Below, in pieces: positions 1 through 8,424 of a DNA stretch of 56,334 bases (its first letter is position 1; each line of letters opens with the position of its first letter). Origin of the DNA: Acidimicrobiales bacterium (GTDB lineage Bacteria; Actinomycetota; Acidimicrobiia; Acidimicrobiales; CADCSY01); assembly GCA_038256565.1 (NCBI GenBank), contig JBBSKG010000002.1, positions 1-56,334 on the forward strand. Direction: 5' to 3'. A program made the position numbers and the translations under genes. A model generated the notes under the pieces. It was not told the origin of the DNA and searched no databases. It saw only the letters and a list, made by a program, of their open reading frames with translations.

Positions 1-1668
1 CATCTTGGGGAGGGCTATACCAAAGGTGGGCAGGCGAAGATCAATCCTGTCGAGGTTGAAGCGATTGTCGAGCAGATCGAGCAATGCTTTGCCAATCCGC
101 TGTATGACGGGCTTACCTTCGGTGTGATTTCGCTCTTGGGTCCAACTCAGGCCAAACAGATCGAAAAAAAGCTGCTGGAGCGCATTTCGCCAGAAGAATG
201 GAAAGAGCGAGAGCTTCGGTGCGGTGATTCAGCTGATTTCCAGGGGTCCGAGCGCGACGTCATGTTTTTGTCGATGGTCGCAGCGCCTGAAGCTGGCCAG
301 CGGCTCCTATCACTCACGACGGATACATTCCGGCAGAGGTACAACGTTGCTGCTTCGCGAGCGAAGGATCAAATGTGGCTTTTCCATTCAGTGGATCTGG
401 CGGAGTTGGGAAACCCCGAAGATCTTCGTTTTCAGCTTCTTGACTATTGCTATGGGGTGGTTAACCGATTCACCGAGAGCGCTACCTCGTTTGGCAACCA
501 CGTTTCCGACGATGTCAAGACCAGTCCTTTCGATTCCCTCTTTGAACAGCGCGTCTTCAATCGGCTGTTGGATCGTGGCTACAGTGTGATCCCTCAGTAC
601 GAGGTTGAGGGTTACAGCATCGACCTGGTCATCGTGGGCTCGAAGACGAAGATTGCCATCGAATGCGACGGCGACCACTGGCACGGGCCAGATCGTTATG
701 AGGCGGACGTCGCGCGACAGCGTGACCTTGCACAGCAGGGCTGGGTATTCTTTCGCATTCGCGAGTCTGAGTTTTACGTGGACAGTGGATCCGCACTTTC
801 GCCGTTGTGGGAAATGCTCTCGAAGCTGGACATCCATCCATCTGGTTGGGTATCACCACCCACTTCAGACCTGATGGTGACCCAAAATCCTCATGGCAAT
901 CCAACGTCTGTTGTTGCACGACCGCCTGTGGCTGACGATTTATCGGACATCACCTCCAGCAGCGTTGGTGGACAAAGGGAGGAGGCCCGAGAACGGGCGG
1001 AGTCACCTCATGTTGCTATCAGCGAGGTAGATATCTCGGAAGAGTCAACCGATGAAGCGTTGCAGGCCGAAGTTGTCCCTCGAAGCGACGATGTCTCGAC
1101 GTTTTCGGTGGTCGAGAGGGTTCCTGTGCTTGGAGGGGAACATGGCCAAGCCGTCGATGGCTTGGCGTTCTACGAAGAGTTCAGAGGGCGGACCTCCCCA
1201 GCATTGGCGGCGTCATCTGCTCAGCTTGTTCGGGAACTGGTCGAGATTATCGAGGTCGAGGGCCCGGTCATCGGTGATCGCCTTCATCAGGCTCACGTCC
1301 GGGCCGCGGGTGGTCAGCGTGTTGGGCGGCAGATTGCAGATGCGCTGAACTCAGCGATCAATCAAGCCAAACGTAGTGGCCGTTTGTTGGAAGACAACCC
1401 GCTTTTCGACAGCGGTGTCAAACCGTTGACCTATCGCCTGCCGGGGCAGTCGTTGATTCACATGCGCGAGCTCGGGCCTCGGTCGCTTGATCAGGTGCCC
1501 CCTCGGGAGTTGGCGGCATTGATGCGCGAGGTTGCCACTGTTGTCGGATGGGCCAGTGAGGACTTGCTCTTCCGAGCAGTGCTCGACACGTATGGGCTGA
1601 TCCGGCTGACCGGCAATGGGACTCTGTTTCTTCGCCGAGTGAAACCATTGGCAGAGCGAGGGGAGTAG
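1..1668 (+). CDS. Superfamily-1 (Upf1/AAA_12-like) helicase, C-terminal part, with a DUF559/Vsr-like endonuclease-fold module and a DUF3320-like tail; the 5' end lies outside the window
   Basis: Frame 1 is open from base 1 into the listed ORF 124..1668. RYNVAASRAKDQMWLFHS resembles the helicase motif VI region. IAIECDGDHWHG...RQRDLAQQGWVFFRIRESEF resembles the DUF559 PD-(D/E)xK-type module. The tail has the VEGPVIGDRL...LIRLTGNG pattern seen in DUF3320. Confidence 0.8.
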   Translation, partial: HLGEGYTKGGQAKINPVEVEAIVEQIEQCFANPLYDGLTFGVISLLGPTQAKQIEKKLLERISPEEWKERELRCGDSADFQGSERDVMFLSMVAAPEAGQRLLSLTTDTFRQRYNVAASRAKDQMWLFHSVDLAELGNPEDLRFQLLDYCYGVVNRFTESATSFGNHVSDDVKTSPFDSLFEQRVFNRLLDRGYSVIPQYEVEGYSIDLVIVGSKTKIAIECDGDHWHGPDRYEADVARQRDLAQQGWVFFRIRESEFYVDSGSALSPLWEMLSKLDIHPSGWVSPPTSDLMVTQNPHGNPTSVVARPPVADDLSDITSSSVGGQREEARERAESPHVAISEVDISEESTDEALQAEVVPRSDDVSTFSVVERVPVLGGEHGQAVDGLAFYEEFRGRTSPALAASSAQLVRELVEIIEVEGPVIGDRLHQAHVRAAGGQRVGRQIADALNSAINQAKRSGRLLEDNPLFDSGVKPLTYRLPGQSLIHMRELGPRSLDQVPPRELAALMREVATVVGWASEDLLFRAVLDTYGLIRLTGNGTLFLRRVKPLAERGE

Positions 1669-1844
1669 TGCGGAAAGTCTTTCGGGATGGAGCGTCATCA
1701 GCTTGACATGTGGACAAGGCCTCATGTGACTCCGCATGGTGGCCCGATGACAAATCATGTGGCTTCATGGTCTGATGCCACGAGGTCTCTGGAGCCCCGG
1801 AGCGTCCGCAGCGAGTAAGTAAGAGCGGCATAACCAATTCCTCA

Positions 1845-2542
1845 TTAGCCTACTGTGGATTCGCGTGTATTGGTGAGTGCAGTTACGACCTCCACGAGCT
1901 CGATGTGGTCGTGATCTTCTGCAAGCTGTCGGAGACCGTCTGTGTACCCCGCCTTTGAAAAGAGGATGATTTTTGGTCGCTCGGCGACACGGAATCCGGC
2001 TTCGCGCAAAGCTCGAATCTTGTAGTCATCCAGATCCATGACAATGGTTGAAACTGGTCGGTTGGTCCATTTGCACTCGGCGGCGAGGGTGACTGGGTTT
2101 CGTAACGCCCCTACGGCGTCGATCTCCTCGGTGCCGCGCTCGCCGGTTCGGCGGAGTTGGTTTGTGGCATTGCCCCACCAGGTGCCTATTTGGGTTGCCG
2201 ACGTGCCCCGGTTCGCACGCAGCCAGCTCCGACTCCAGTCTTCGAAAACTGGGGCCACATGCTCAGCCAGGACGGGGCAATCTCTCCGTCATAAAGGTCG
2301 CCGGCAGTGAGGCTACTTTCGAGGTCTGTCTGATACGGGAACACGAACCGGAACCAGAAGCGCAAAAGGGATCTTCGAGTCTCCAAGGGCCGCCACGAGC
2401 GCATGGGGGCCCCAATGGGGAGACGTCGACAAACCAGACGGAGTTCCACGAGCGTGTTGAGATATTTTGCGACCATGCCCCCGTCCATGCGCATCGGCGA
2501 AACGGGTGAGTTGTGTTCCGGTTGGAAGTACGGTTCTGGCAT
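1845..2542 (-). pseudogene. Remnant of a DUF234-type (Arch_ATPase-like) ATPase, 5'-truncated and frameshifted; paralog of 26715..28169
   Basis: ORF 2186..2542 carries VELRLV...LLRFWFRFVFPY, compared with IELRLVERLL...YRIADPFLSFHLGV in the intact copy. ORF 1845..2258 carries EIDAVG...AAECKWTNRP, compared with EIDALV...GEAKWTRRL. The two pieces are in different frames and meet at the G4 run 2274..2277 (IAP / VLAEHVAPVFEDW). The whole P-loop half is absent, and the + strand gene starts at 2541. Confidence 0.6.
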
Positions 2543-3059
2543 GACGATTTATGCACTGGGCGATCGTGTGCCCGATATTCATCCCGATGCTTATGTCCAC
2601 CCTGACGCCACTGTGATTGGCGATGTTGTGATTGGTGCTGAGGCGTCGATCTGGCCGGCTGCTGTGTTGAGGGGTGATTACGGCCACATCGAGATAGGGG
2701 CTCGCACCTCGATTCAAGACGGAACCGTGGTTCACGCCACTGCTGAGTTGGCCACCATCGTAGGTGCCGATTGTGTTGTCGGCCACCTTGCGCATCTTGA
2801 AGGCTGCATTATTGAAGACGCATCCCTTGTGGGTTCGGGGTCGGTCGTTCTGCACCGAGCGGTCGTGCGGACGTGCGCCCTTGTGGGAGCAAATGCTGTC
2901 GTGCCCAACAGCATGGAAGTTCCAACCGGGGCAATGGCGCTTGGCATTCCTGCCACGATCAAGGAAGGAACGGTTAAGCCAGGGTTTATCGAGATGGCCG
3001 CTCAGCTCTATGTCTGGAACGCTGCTCGCTACAAGAACGAACTGCGCCAGATTGATTGA
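2541..3059 (+). CDS. Gamma-class carbonic anhydrase family / hexapeptide-repeat (left-handed beta-helix) protein
   Basis: MTIYALGDRVPDIHPDAYVHPDATVIGDVVIGAEASIWPAAVLRGDYG plus hexapeptide periodicity is typical of YrdA/PaaY-like proteins. I chose ATG 2541 rather than ORF-track start 2403, because the first 46 codons from 2403 look non-coding and overlap the decayed ATPase. Confidence 0.85.
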   Translation: MTIYALGDRVPDIHPDAYVHPDATVIGDVVIGAEASIWPAAVLRGDYGHIEIGARTSIQDGTVVHATAELATIVGADCVVGHLAHLEGCIIEDASLVGSGSVVLHRAVVRTCALVGANAVVPNSMEVPTGAMALGIPATIKEGTVKPGFIEMAAQLYVWNAARYKNELRQID

Positions 3060-3084
3060 CGGGCCGCATCGACTGACAGGCACA

Positions 3085-3468
3085 TCACCAGCGGGCACCT
3101 GCGAAGTTGTCGTGAATTAGCTGGTCTTTGGTGACTAGGGCCTGACCATTCGATGCAGCGTGGCCAACAATGAGCCGATCGAACGGATCGCGGGTCCATG
3201 ACAACTCAAGAGCCGATTGGACAATGGCCTGAAACGGAAGTGGGCATAGTCGGATGTTGAACTGGACATTCAGTGCAGTGGAGACATCTTCAGCGTCAAC
3301 TGTAAGACGTCCAATCTCGTGCAGAAATTGAAGCTCCAGCAGAACCGCAGGCGAAATTACCAAAGTATTTGATTCCAGCATTTCCAGAACTGGCTTACTG
3401 ATCAGATCACGACGACCCGCATACATCCACACGGCTACATGGGTGTCAAGGTAGGTCACGGCCGCCAT
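3085..3468 (-). CDS. vapC: PIN-domain ribonuclease toxin (VapC family)
   Basis: 127 aa. There is an N-terminal YLDTHVAVW with a conserved Asp, and a C-terminal WTRDPFDRLIVGHA motif typical of VapC. It overlaps the upstream small antitoxin ORF by 13 nt. Confidence 0.8.
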   Translation of the reverse strand: MAAVTYLDTHVAVWMYAGRRDLISKPVLEMLESNTLVISPAVLLELQFLHEIGRLTVDAEDVSTALNVQFNIRLCPLPFQAIVQSALELSWTRDPFDRLIVGHAASNGQALVTKDQLIHDNFAGARW

Positions 3469-3689
3469 TCATCTGACCAGTCAAGATGGACGAGGTCCTC
3501 GATGTCTCCGGTTATTACATCGGGTCGTTCGACCCAACCAGGGGCATTAAGCGATCCAAGAGAGGCTGAGATGGGGACGATTCGTAGAAGTTGGCCATTC
3601 CGTTCGATCTCAACAGGTGTTCCGGTAGCGAGAACCTCGTCGAGAATGCGATAGACGTTCTCCCGAAGTTTTGAAGCGGTCAGTGGCAT
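3456..3689 (-). CDS. Type II antitoxin, Phd/YefM-like
   Basis: 77 aa. ASKLRENVYRILDEVLATGTPVEIERNGQLLRIVP matches the Phd/YefM N-terminal pattern. It sits directly upstream of the PIN toxin gene and overlaps it. Confidence 0.7.
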   Translation of the reverse strand: MPLTASKLRENVYRILDEVLATGTPVEIERNGQLLRIVPISASLGSLNAPGWVERPDVITGDIEDLVHLDWSDEWRP

Positions 3690-3703
3690 GTGGCCCTCTA
3701 TGG

Positions 3704-3729
3704 TACGTACGATTTTATATACGTACGTA
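3704..3729. promoter_or_regulatory. Inverted repeat TACGTACG-N10-CGTACGTA, candidate autoregulatory operator of the vapBC-like module
   Basis: The 8-bp arms at 3704..3711 and 3722..3729 are perfect. The spacer ATTTTATATA is AT-rich. The repeat begins 15 nt upstream of antitoxin start codon 3689. Confidence 0.4.
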
Positions 3730-3772
3730 TGCTACCTTCAATTTCCAATTTTTATTAGGGGTTGCGTTGACC

Positions 3773-3810
3773 CTGGTAATTGTTACTATGGCCATAGGAG
3801 AAATTACCTG
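3773..3810. promoter_or_regulatory. Partially palindromic motif upstream of sufB (TAATT-N4-CTAT-N4-ATAG-N4-AATTA); candidate operator shared with the second suf unit
   Basis: Positions 3777..3806 are symmetric at all specified positions, and CTATGGCCATAG is a perfect 12-mer palindrome. A TACTAT -10-like hexamer lies at 3784..3789. The 13-mer ATAGGAGAAATTA (3794..3806) recurs exactly at 21980..21992. Confidence 0.35.
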
Positions 3811-3836
3811 ACCCTCGTTTTGATGGAGTACTTGCC

Positions 3837-5234
3837 ATGGCTGTAACTGATCTTGATCTTGGGCGCTACAAACTTGGCTGGAACGACGCTGAGGACTATG
3901 TCTTTAAGCCCAAGCGGGGCATTAACGCTGACATCGTTCAGGAGATGTCGTGGATGAAGGGCGAGCCCGAGTGGATGCGTAACCTTCGCTTGAAGTCTTT
4001 GGAGCAATTTGAGCGTCGCCCAATGCCTAATTGGGGTGGCGACATGTCCCAGATCTTCTTCGACGACATCTTCTATTACATCAAGCCAACTGAGAAGCAG
4101 GTTGACGTCTGGGACGATCTTCCCGAGTCGGTGAAGAACACCTATGAGAAGCTCGGTATCCCCGAGGCTGAGCGTAAGTATCTTGCTGGCGTAACCGCCC
4201 AGTACGAATCTGAGGTTGTTTATCACCGCAATCGTGATGATCTTGAGGCCCAGGGCGTGATCTTTTGCGATATGGACACGGCGCTGCGTGAGCACACCGA
4301 ACTTGTCCAGGCATATTTCGGCACGATCATTCCTGCGAATGACAACAAGTTTTCAGCTCTCAACACAGCGGTCTGGTCGGGCGGCTCGTTCATCTACGTC
4401 CCACCAGGCGTCAATGTTGAGATGCCACTGCAGGCCTATTTCCGTATCAATGCCGAGAACATGGGCCAGTTCGAGCGGACGCTCATCATCGCCGACGAAG
4501 GCAGTCAGGTTCACTACATCGAGGGCTGCTCGGCACCTGTGTACACAAGCGATTCGCTTCACTCAGCTGTAGTCGAGATTGTCGTTAAACCTTCGGCTCG
4601 TGTCACCTATACGACCATTCAGAACTGGTCTAACAACGTGTTCAACCTCGTGACCAAGCGGGCTCGGGTTGAAGCCGAGGGCCACATGGAATGGATCGAC
4701 GGAAATATTGGTAGCCGTCTCACCATGAAGTACCCAGCCGTTTACATGGTTGGCCCAAAGGCGTCGGGTGAGGTTCTTTCGGTCGCTTACGCTGGCGCTG
4801 GTCAACATCAAGATGCCGGGGCCAAGATGGTCCATGCGGCACCCGAGACCACCAGTCGCATTGTTTCTAAGTCGATTTCAAAGGATGCTGGGCGCACGAG
4901 TTATCGGGGTCTCGTCCGTGTTGAAGAGGGTGCTTATGGCTGCAAGAGCCATGTGCAGTGTGACGCCTTGATCCTCGATGGTGACAGCACCTCTGATACT
5001 TACCCTTACATGGAGATCGGCGAGCGTGATGCTGTCGTCGGCCATGAAGCAACGGTGTCGAAGGTGGGCGATGAGCAGCTGTTCTACCTGATGAGTCGTG
5101 GGCTCTCACAAGAACAAGCAATGGGCATGATCGTCAATGGGTTCATTGAACCGGTCACCCGTACGTTGCCCATGGAATATGCGGTGGAGTGGAGCCGTCT
5201 CATTGAACTCCAGATGGAGGGAAGCGTCGGCTGA
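3837..5234 (+). CDS. sufB: Fe-S cluster assembly protein SufB
   Basis: 465 aa. N-terminal [21 protein letters not shown] and a core typical of SufB ([47 protein letters not shown]). GGAG lies 8 nt upstream of the ATG. sufD follows. Confidence 0.95.
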   Translation: MAVTDLDLGRYKLGWNDAEDYVFKPKRGINADIVQEMSWMKGEPEWMRNLRLKSLEQFERRPMPNWGGDMSQIFFDDIFYYIKPTEKQVDVWDDLPESVKNTYEKLGIPEAERKYLAGVTAQYESEVVYHRNRDDLEAQGVIFCDMDTALREHTELVQAYFGTIIPANDNKFSALNTAVWSGGSFIYVPPGVNVEMPLQAYFRINAENMGQFERTLIIADEGSQVHYIEGCSAPVYTSDSLHSAVVEIVVKPSARVTYTTIQNWSNNVFNLVTKRARVEAEGHMEWIDGNIGSRLTMKYPAVYMVGPKASGEVLSVAYAGAGQHQDAGAKMVHAAPETTSRIVSKSISKDAGRTSYRGLVRVEEGAYGCKSHVQCDALILDGDSTSDTYPYMEIGERDAVVGHEATVSKVGDEQLFYLMSRGLSQEQAMGMIVNGFIEPVTRTLPMEYAVEWSRLIELQMEGSVG

Positions 5235-5303
5235 GATTATTGCCGCTCGCTTTTCTTACTTCTTCCACTCTTAATCTCGTGCCAGAAAGGCTCATTCGTT
5301 TTT

Positions 5304-6614
5304 ATGCTCACCATTGATGGCATTTCGGGACTTGGTGGCCCGGCTTGGCTCCAAGCTCGTCGAAACGATGCAGCGACTCGTTTTGCCACAACCCCCCTTC
5401 CCACCGCCGAATCTGAGATTTGGCGATATAGCCGTATTGACGACCTCGAACTCGACAGTTTTACTCCGGTACTTGATCAGCCTGTCGCTCAAGTAGGTGG
5501 CATTCCTGTTGAACTTCAGCCGGTAATCGACGCATTAAATGACGCAGCGGGCGTAGTGGTTATTAGCGATGGGTGGGTTACTTATGAGTTGCTTGATGAA
5601 GAACTAGCAGCCAAAGGCGTAAAGTTCGGTCGCCTTAGTGAGTTTGATGCGACTGGCGAGAATGCAGCCATGACGCTCGGCACGTTGGCAACCTCCGCTG
5701 CTGACGATGGCATTGCAGTGCTGCATGACGCACTTATGGTCGACCCGGTGCTTGTGTCGGTGCCCTCAGGCGTTGTTGTTGAAGCTCCGTTTGTTGTCTT
5801 GCACCAACTGAGCATCGATGGAGGCGTCTCGTGTCCCCATGTTCTCGTGCGGGCCGGTGATAACAGCCAACTCAAAGTCCTTATGCATCATGAGTCGAGC
5901 GATATCGACGCATTGGTGATTCCAGTGGTGGAGCTTGAGGTGGGGTCTGGTTCAAACGTTTCTTATCTCGACTCCCAATTGCTTGGACCACGGGTTTGGC
6001 AGATTGGTCGACAGGCAAGCAGCGTTGGGCGAGATGCCACCTTGAACTCAGCCATGGTTGCACTTGGGGGTGACTATGCCCGTTCACGTGTTGGTTCAAC
6101 GTTGGCTGGCCAGGGTTCATCGGCGACCATGTTGGCGGTTTATTTTGGCGAAGCAGACCAAATGCACGATGTACGGACTACTCAAGATCACGTCGGGCCA
6201 CGCACGACTAGCAACTTGTTGTTTAAAGGAGCCGTTCAGGGTCATGCCCGTTCGGTATATTCTGGCCTAGTCCATATTGGTAAAGAGGGAGCGGGCGTAA
6301 ACGCCTCTCAGACCAATCGCAACATCACGTTGTCGCATGGAGCTTGGGCCGAGTCGGTGCCTACGTTAGAGATTGAGAACAACGATGTGCGCTGCGCCCA
6401 TGCATCGGCTGTTGGTCCAATTGATGAAGATCAGCGTTTTTACCTCGAGAGTCGAGGCGTGCCGCCTCACATGGCCGAACGTTTAATCGTGTTGGGTTTC
6501 TTTGACGAAGTGCTCGAACGCCTTCCAGTTGCTGGCGTCGTTGAGCGTTTGCGGGCCGAAGTGATAGCCAAGCTTGATCGTAGAGAACTTGAGGCTCAGG
6601 GAGTGAATCAATGA
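5304..6614 (+). CDS. sufD: Fe-S cluster assembly protein SufD
   Basis: 436 aa. The C-terminal half has the SufB/SufD beta-helix pattern (NDVRCAHASAVGPIDEDQRFYLESRGV). It lies between sufB and the Rieske gene. Confidence 0.9.
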   Translation: MLTIDGISGLGGPAWLQARRNDAATRFATTPLPTAESEIWRYSRIDDLELDSFTPVLDQPVAQVGGIPVELQPVIDALNDAAGVVVISDGWVTYELLDEELAAKGVKFGRLSEFDATGENAAMTLGTLATSAADDGIAVLHDALMVDPVLVSVPSGVVVEAPFVVLHQLSIDGGVSCPHVLVRAGDNSQLKVLMHHESSDIDALVIPVVELEVGSGSNVSYLDSQLLGPRVWQIGRQASSVGRDATLNSAMVALGGDYARSRVGSTLAGQGSSATMLAVYFGEADQMHDVRTTQDHVGPRTTSNLLFKGAVQGHARSVYSGLVHIGKEGAGVNASQTNRNITLSHGAWAESVPTLEIENNDVRCAHASAVGPIDEDQRFYLESRGVPPHMAERLIVLGFFDEVLERLPVAGVVERLRAEVIAKLDRRELEAQGVNQ

Positions 6615-6928
6615 GCACACGTACACGGCTTTGTGGAGTTGATGAGATGGAATCAGGCACTGTTCGGCAATTTGTTGAGGGCAAAATCAAGATTGCATTG
6701 GTACGCATCGACGACGACTTCTATGCCATTAGTGATCGTTGTAGTCACGCCAACATTCCATTGAGCGAAGGCGAAGTTCATGTCGAGAATCGCCACATTG
6801 AATGCTGGAAGCACGGCAGTTCGTTTTCGCTTGAAACTGGTTATCCAGATGTGTTGCCTGCTACTCAACCCGTCCCTATTTATGAGGTAGACGTCGTTGA
6901 TGGTTCCGTTTGGGTGGAGCTGCCATGA
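6611..6928 (+). CDS. Rieske [2Fe-2S] ferredoxin-like protein (non-heme iron oxygenase ferredoxin subunit type)
   Basis: 105 aa with Rieske ligand boxes CSHANIPL and CWKHGSSF. It has ATGA overlaps with sufD (6611..6614) and with sufC (6925..6928). Confidence 0.85.
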   Translation: MSTRTRLCGVDEMESGTVRQFVEGKIKIALVRIDDDFYAISDRCSHANIPLSEGEVHVENRHIECWKHGSSFSLETGYPDVLPATQPVPIYEVDVVDGSVWVELP

Positions 6929-7707
6929 CTAGCGAACTTTGTGTTGAAGGCCTGTGTGCCAGTGTTGATGGCAAAGAGATATTGCGTGGCATCGACTTAA
7001 AAGTGCGAAGCGGTGAGGTCCATGCAGTTATGGGACCAAACGGTTCGGGCAAGTCAACGCTTTCGCATGTGCTCATGGGCAAGCCTGGCTATCAAGTCAT
7101 CAGTGGGACAGTCACCCTTGATGGCGTAGACATTCTTGGTTTGGCTACCTGGGAACGAGCGAAGGCTGGTCTTTTTCTCGCTATGCAATACCCAACGGAA
7201 GTGCCTGGTGTGTCGCTGGAGTCCATGTTGCATGAGGCTCTTGTTGCAGCGGGTCGAGCAAGCAGCGATGTCCATGGGCTGATGGTCGCTGAAGCCGAAC
7301 GTATTGGCTTCGATGAGCGATTCTTATCTCGCTCGTTGAACGTAGATCTTTCCGGTGGAGAAAAGAAACGTAACGAGACCTTACAGCTGGGGGTACTTCA
7401 ACCTCGTTTCGCCATTCTTGACGAGATCGATTCAGGCCTAGATGTAGATGCGCTTGCTGATGTGAGCAAACGCGTTGAAGCCGAGACTCACGAACACGGT
7501 TTAGGTGTGTTGGCCATTACCCACTACCAACGTCTGTTGACTGAGTTGCGACCTGATGTCGTACATGTTTTAGTCAAAGGTCAGATCGTTAAAACTGGCG
7601 GCCCTGAACTCGTCCACGAGTTAGAGCGCGATGGCTACGCCACCTATCTTGGCGATGAGGCCGCCGCAACATTGGCTGGAGCAGGTTCTATGGCGGTCGA
7701 TACCTGA
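6925..7707 (+). CDS. sufC: Fe-S cluster assembly ATPase SufC (copy 1)
   Basis: Walker A GPNGSGKST, SufC-type signature LSGGEKKRNETLQ, and ITHYQRLL. I chose ATG 6925 (ATGA coupling) over track start 6910. Confidence 0.9.
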   Translation: MTSELCVEGLCASVDGKEILRGIDLKVRSGEVHAVMGPNGSGKSTLSHVLMGKPGYQVISGTVTLDGVDILGLATWERAKAGLFLAMQYPTEVPGVSLESMLHEALVAAGRASSDVHGLMVAEAERIGFDERFLSRSLNVDLSGGEKKRNETLQLGVLQPRFAILDEIDSGLDVDALADVSKRVEAETHEHGLGVLAITHYQRLLTELRPDVVHVLVKGQIVKTGGPELVHELERDGYATYLGDEAAATLAGAGSMAVDT

Positions 7708-7784
7708 GCGGAACCGGCCTGCTCCTCGCTCACCTCGACCTCGGCGGCTTTCGGCAGCCGACCGTCGACTTGATCCCAAGCGTG

Positions 7785-8411
7785 TCAGCCAGTGCGCCCG
7801 AGCAACGCAAGCAGCCGGGTCTGGGGAGACACCTCGTCGCCAAGATCAACGATGTTTCCGAAGGCGCTGCTTACACCGAGCAACTGGGCCTGGGGAAGCA
7901 TGACCTCGACGCACGCCTCGACCAGGTCGGTCGGCAGATCCGTGTCACCCCCCGTGCCTGAGGCCAAGTCCCATCCGTGCACGAGCACGTCGGTAAACCG
8001 GTGGCCGCAGTACACGCTGCCGGGGACCGGGCCGTACGAGACCGAACAAGGTGCGTCCATCGCACCGGGGGCGCTGAAGGCCTCCACGGCCAAACGGGCC
8101 GAGGTGCGATAGGCCTCGGAGATGTCACCGGACAGGATGTCGCCCTCAAAGCGGTCACCAACCTGTTCGATCGTCTCACCGGCCACGAGCGGGGCCACCC
8201 AGAGGTTCCCGTACACGACGTGATGGAGCAGCTCGGTCACGTCCCAGTTGTCACAGGGCGTGGGGTTGTGCATGTGGTCAACAGTGATCGCGTCAACGAT
8301 GGCCTGGGTGTTGGCAACGACTCGTTCGTGCACGTCGGGCAGATCAATGGTCATCAGCGCCTCCTTCGCAGCCTGGGGGTCGACGACTTCACTCGAAATC
8401 ACCGTCGACAC
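7785..8411 (-). CDS. DinB-like / TIGR03086-type (mycothiol maleylpyruvate isomerase N-terminal domain family) protein
   Basis: 208 aa. PTPCDNWDVTELLHHVV and the C-terminal LALLGRTG are typical of this actinobacterial family. Confidence 0.7.
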   Translation of the reverse strand: MSTVISSEVVDPQAAKEALMTIDLPDVHERVVANTQAIVDAITVDHMHNPTPCDNWDVTELLHHVVYGNLWVAPLVAGETIEQVGDRFEGDILSGDISEAYRTSARLAVEAFSAPGAMDAPCSVSYGPVPGSVYCGHRFTDVLVHGWDLASGTGGDTDLPTDLVEACVEVMLPQAQLLGVSSAFGNIVDLGDEVSPQTRLLALLGRTG

Positions 8412-8424
8412 TAGTGTCCTCCGG

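Noticed and set aside
1669-1844. Intergenic stretches (also 5235..5303, 13353..13448 and 37754..37826) scanned for tRNA, rRNA or other known RNA genes.
   Set aside because: I could find no cloverleaf-compatible segments, T-loop GTTCGAATC-like motifs or rRNA-like sequence by eye. A proper tRNAscan/Infernal run would still be needed.
2313-3098. 261-aa minus-strand ORF covering the gamma-CA gene.
   Set aside because: The plus-strand frame has the clear hexapeptide-repeat protein, and the antisense translation has no family resemblance.
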